Positions 62,862 to 64,000 of a stretch of 64,000 nt of DNA are shown piece by piece. The stretch lies in assembly GCF_036321535.1 (NCBI RefSeq), contig NC_087436.1, positions 117,554,001 through 117,618,000 of the forward strand. Direction: 5' to 3'. Below the pieces are notes generated by a model that was given only the letters and a program-made list of their open reading frames with translations, was not told the DNA's origin and did not search any database. Each line of letters opens with the position of its first letter. The stretch's first letter is position 1. The position numbers and the translations under genes were made by a program. The stretch is from Camelus dromedarius (taxonomy: Eukaryota).

Positions 62862-62876
62862 CCACTAGGTGGTGCT
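62862..62876 (+). promoter_or_regulatory. CTCF-like motif (forward)
   Basis: CCACTAGGTGGTGCT; one C>T from consensus at a CpG position. Confidence 0.45.
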
Positions 62877-64000
62877 CTCTACCACGCTGTTCCTCCGGGA
62901 GCAGTCCTGTATATCAAAATGACAACGGCCTGGTTTTAAGATGATTTGTCTCTCGAGGATATACATTTGGTTTAAGTTTCCACTGCAAAGTTAAAGTTCT
63001 TAAGATAGGTCATGCAGATCAATTGCTCCTGTAATCTGAAACTCAAAAGAGCAAGTAATATCTAAACAAGGGGAGGGGGTGGCCCTGGGCTTATAAGGTT
63101 CTCTAAAAGCCAGGAGACAGTCAGCCTGGCTACCTCTAATCTCATCATCAAAACTGTTACCTTGTCCAGTTTCTGCTTCACATCAGCAAAGAGAAGAGCG
63201 AAATCAACTGCGGGCGGTACAAAGGGAAAACACACATTCAGCTTCCATACTGCTTGAGAGACGCCGATAATCTACACCCAACAGAACACACTGCTTGATA
63301 CTGTTGCTTGACATTTGAACCCCAAAAGTATAAGTTGCTTTGCTCTATTAAAACATATTTTTTCCCTTTATTAGTAGAAACAAAATCAAAGCAATCAACG
63401 TGCATTTTATCATGAAGCTCTGAGAAGAGGGCTTGGTAACGAGATACATAGCCTTGCCTCCAAAGTCATCTTTCAACGGAGTGAGTGGGAATGAAATGCA
63501 GAGCATGCCGGCCTTGAGCAATAATACACATGCTCAAATTCCAAGCAAAATCCAGGGGCCTCATTTCATCACTCCCCGCCCTCCAAAAAATATAGATTCC
63601 TTTCCTTCGTTATGGCCTTCTTTGGAGTAAATAAGACATAAAACAAAGTGGGAAAAAAAGGGCAAAAATATGATTTCAAGGAATGAGTTACAAAACATTC
63701 TAACAACTTCTTTGTTTGAAAAAAATAAGAATAAAAGTTAGTGGTTTCCAGGATTTAAAGAAACTGTAGCAAACTGCTAACTGCTAAGTTTTATAAAATG
63801 CGGACTAGCCTGATAAAAATTGATTCTTACTTATGTGTCTATAATAGCAGAAAATAATTAGTCCCTAATACAATATTTGCTCAAGAAAAATCTGTATGTA
63901 ATAATAACTAGAAAAATTAAGGTTAGATCCTGAGCTGTATATAACAGATCTTGATTTTGAGAATCAAATCATATCTTTTCATCGTACTTTTAAGATTTAT

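Overview
Mammalian genomic DNA, very likely camelid (two Vic-1-type tRNA-derived SINEs with TSDs). The window covers the convergent NSG1/STX18 locus. Bases 1-27 (+) encode the last residues of NSG1/NEEP21 (TEAAEKSA*), followed by about 1.6 kb of 3' UTR. On the minus strand are STX18 (syntaxin-18) coding exons 2-11, all with GT-AG boundaries and compatible phases; exon 1 lies beyond base 64000. The poly(A) signals of the two genes are interlocked (1551-1556 on -, 1603-1608 on +), so the transcripts probably overlap by about 100 nt. Introns contain L1, L2, MIR, CR1/L3-like, hAT (MER58) and LTR elements, several nested and with visible TSDs. Almost all entries in the ORF track are chance ORFs. 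I found no new protein-coding system. The best leads are non-coding: a near-matched inverted pair of L2 fragments at about 48.0-48.3 kb, divergently oriented CTCF-like motifs, and a C-rich last acceptor combined with an open intron 10 that could give a TM-less STX18. Repeat family names and human comparisons come from recalled consensus sequences and were not computed.
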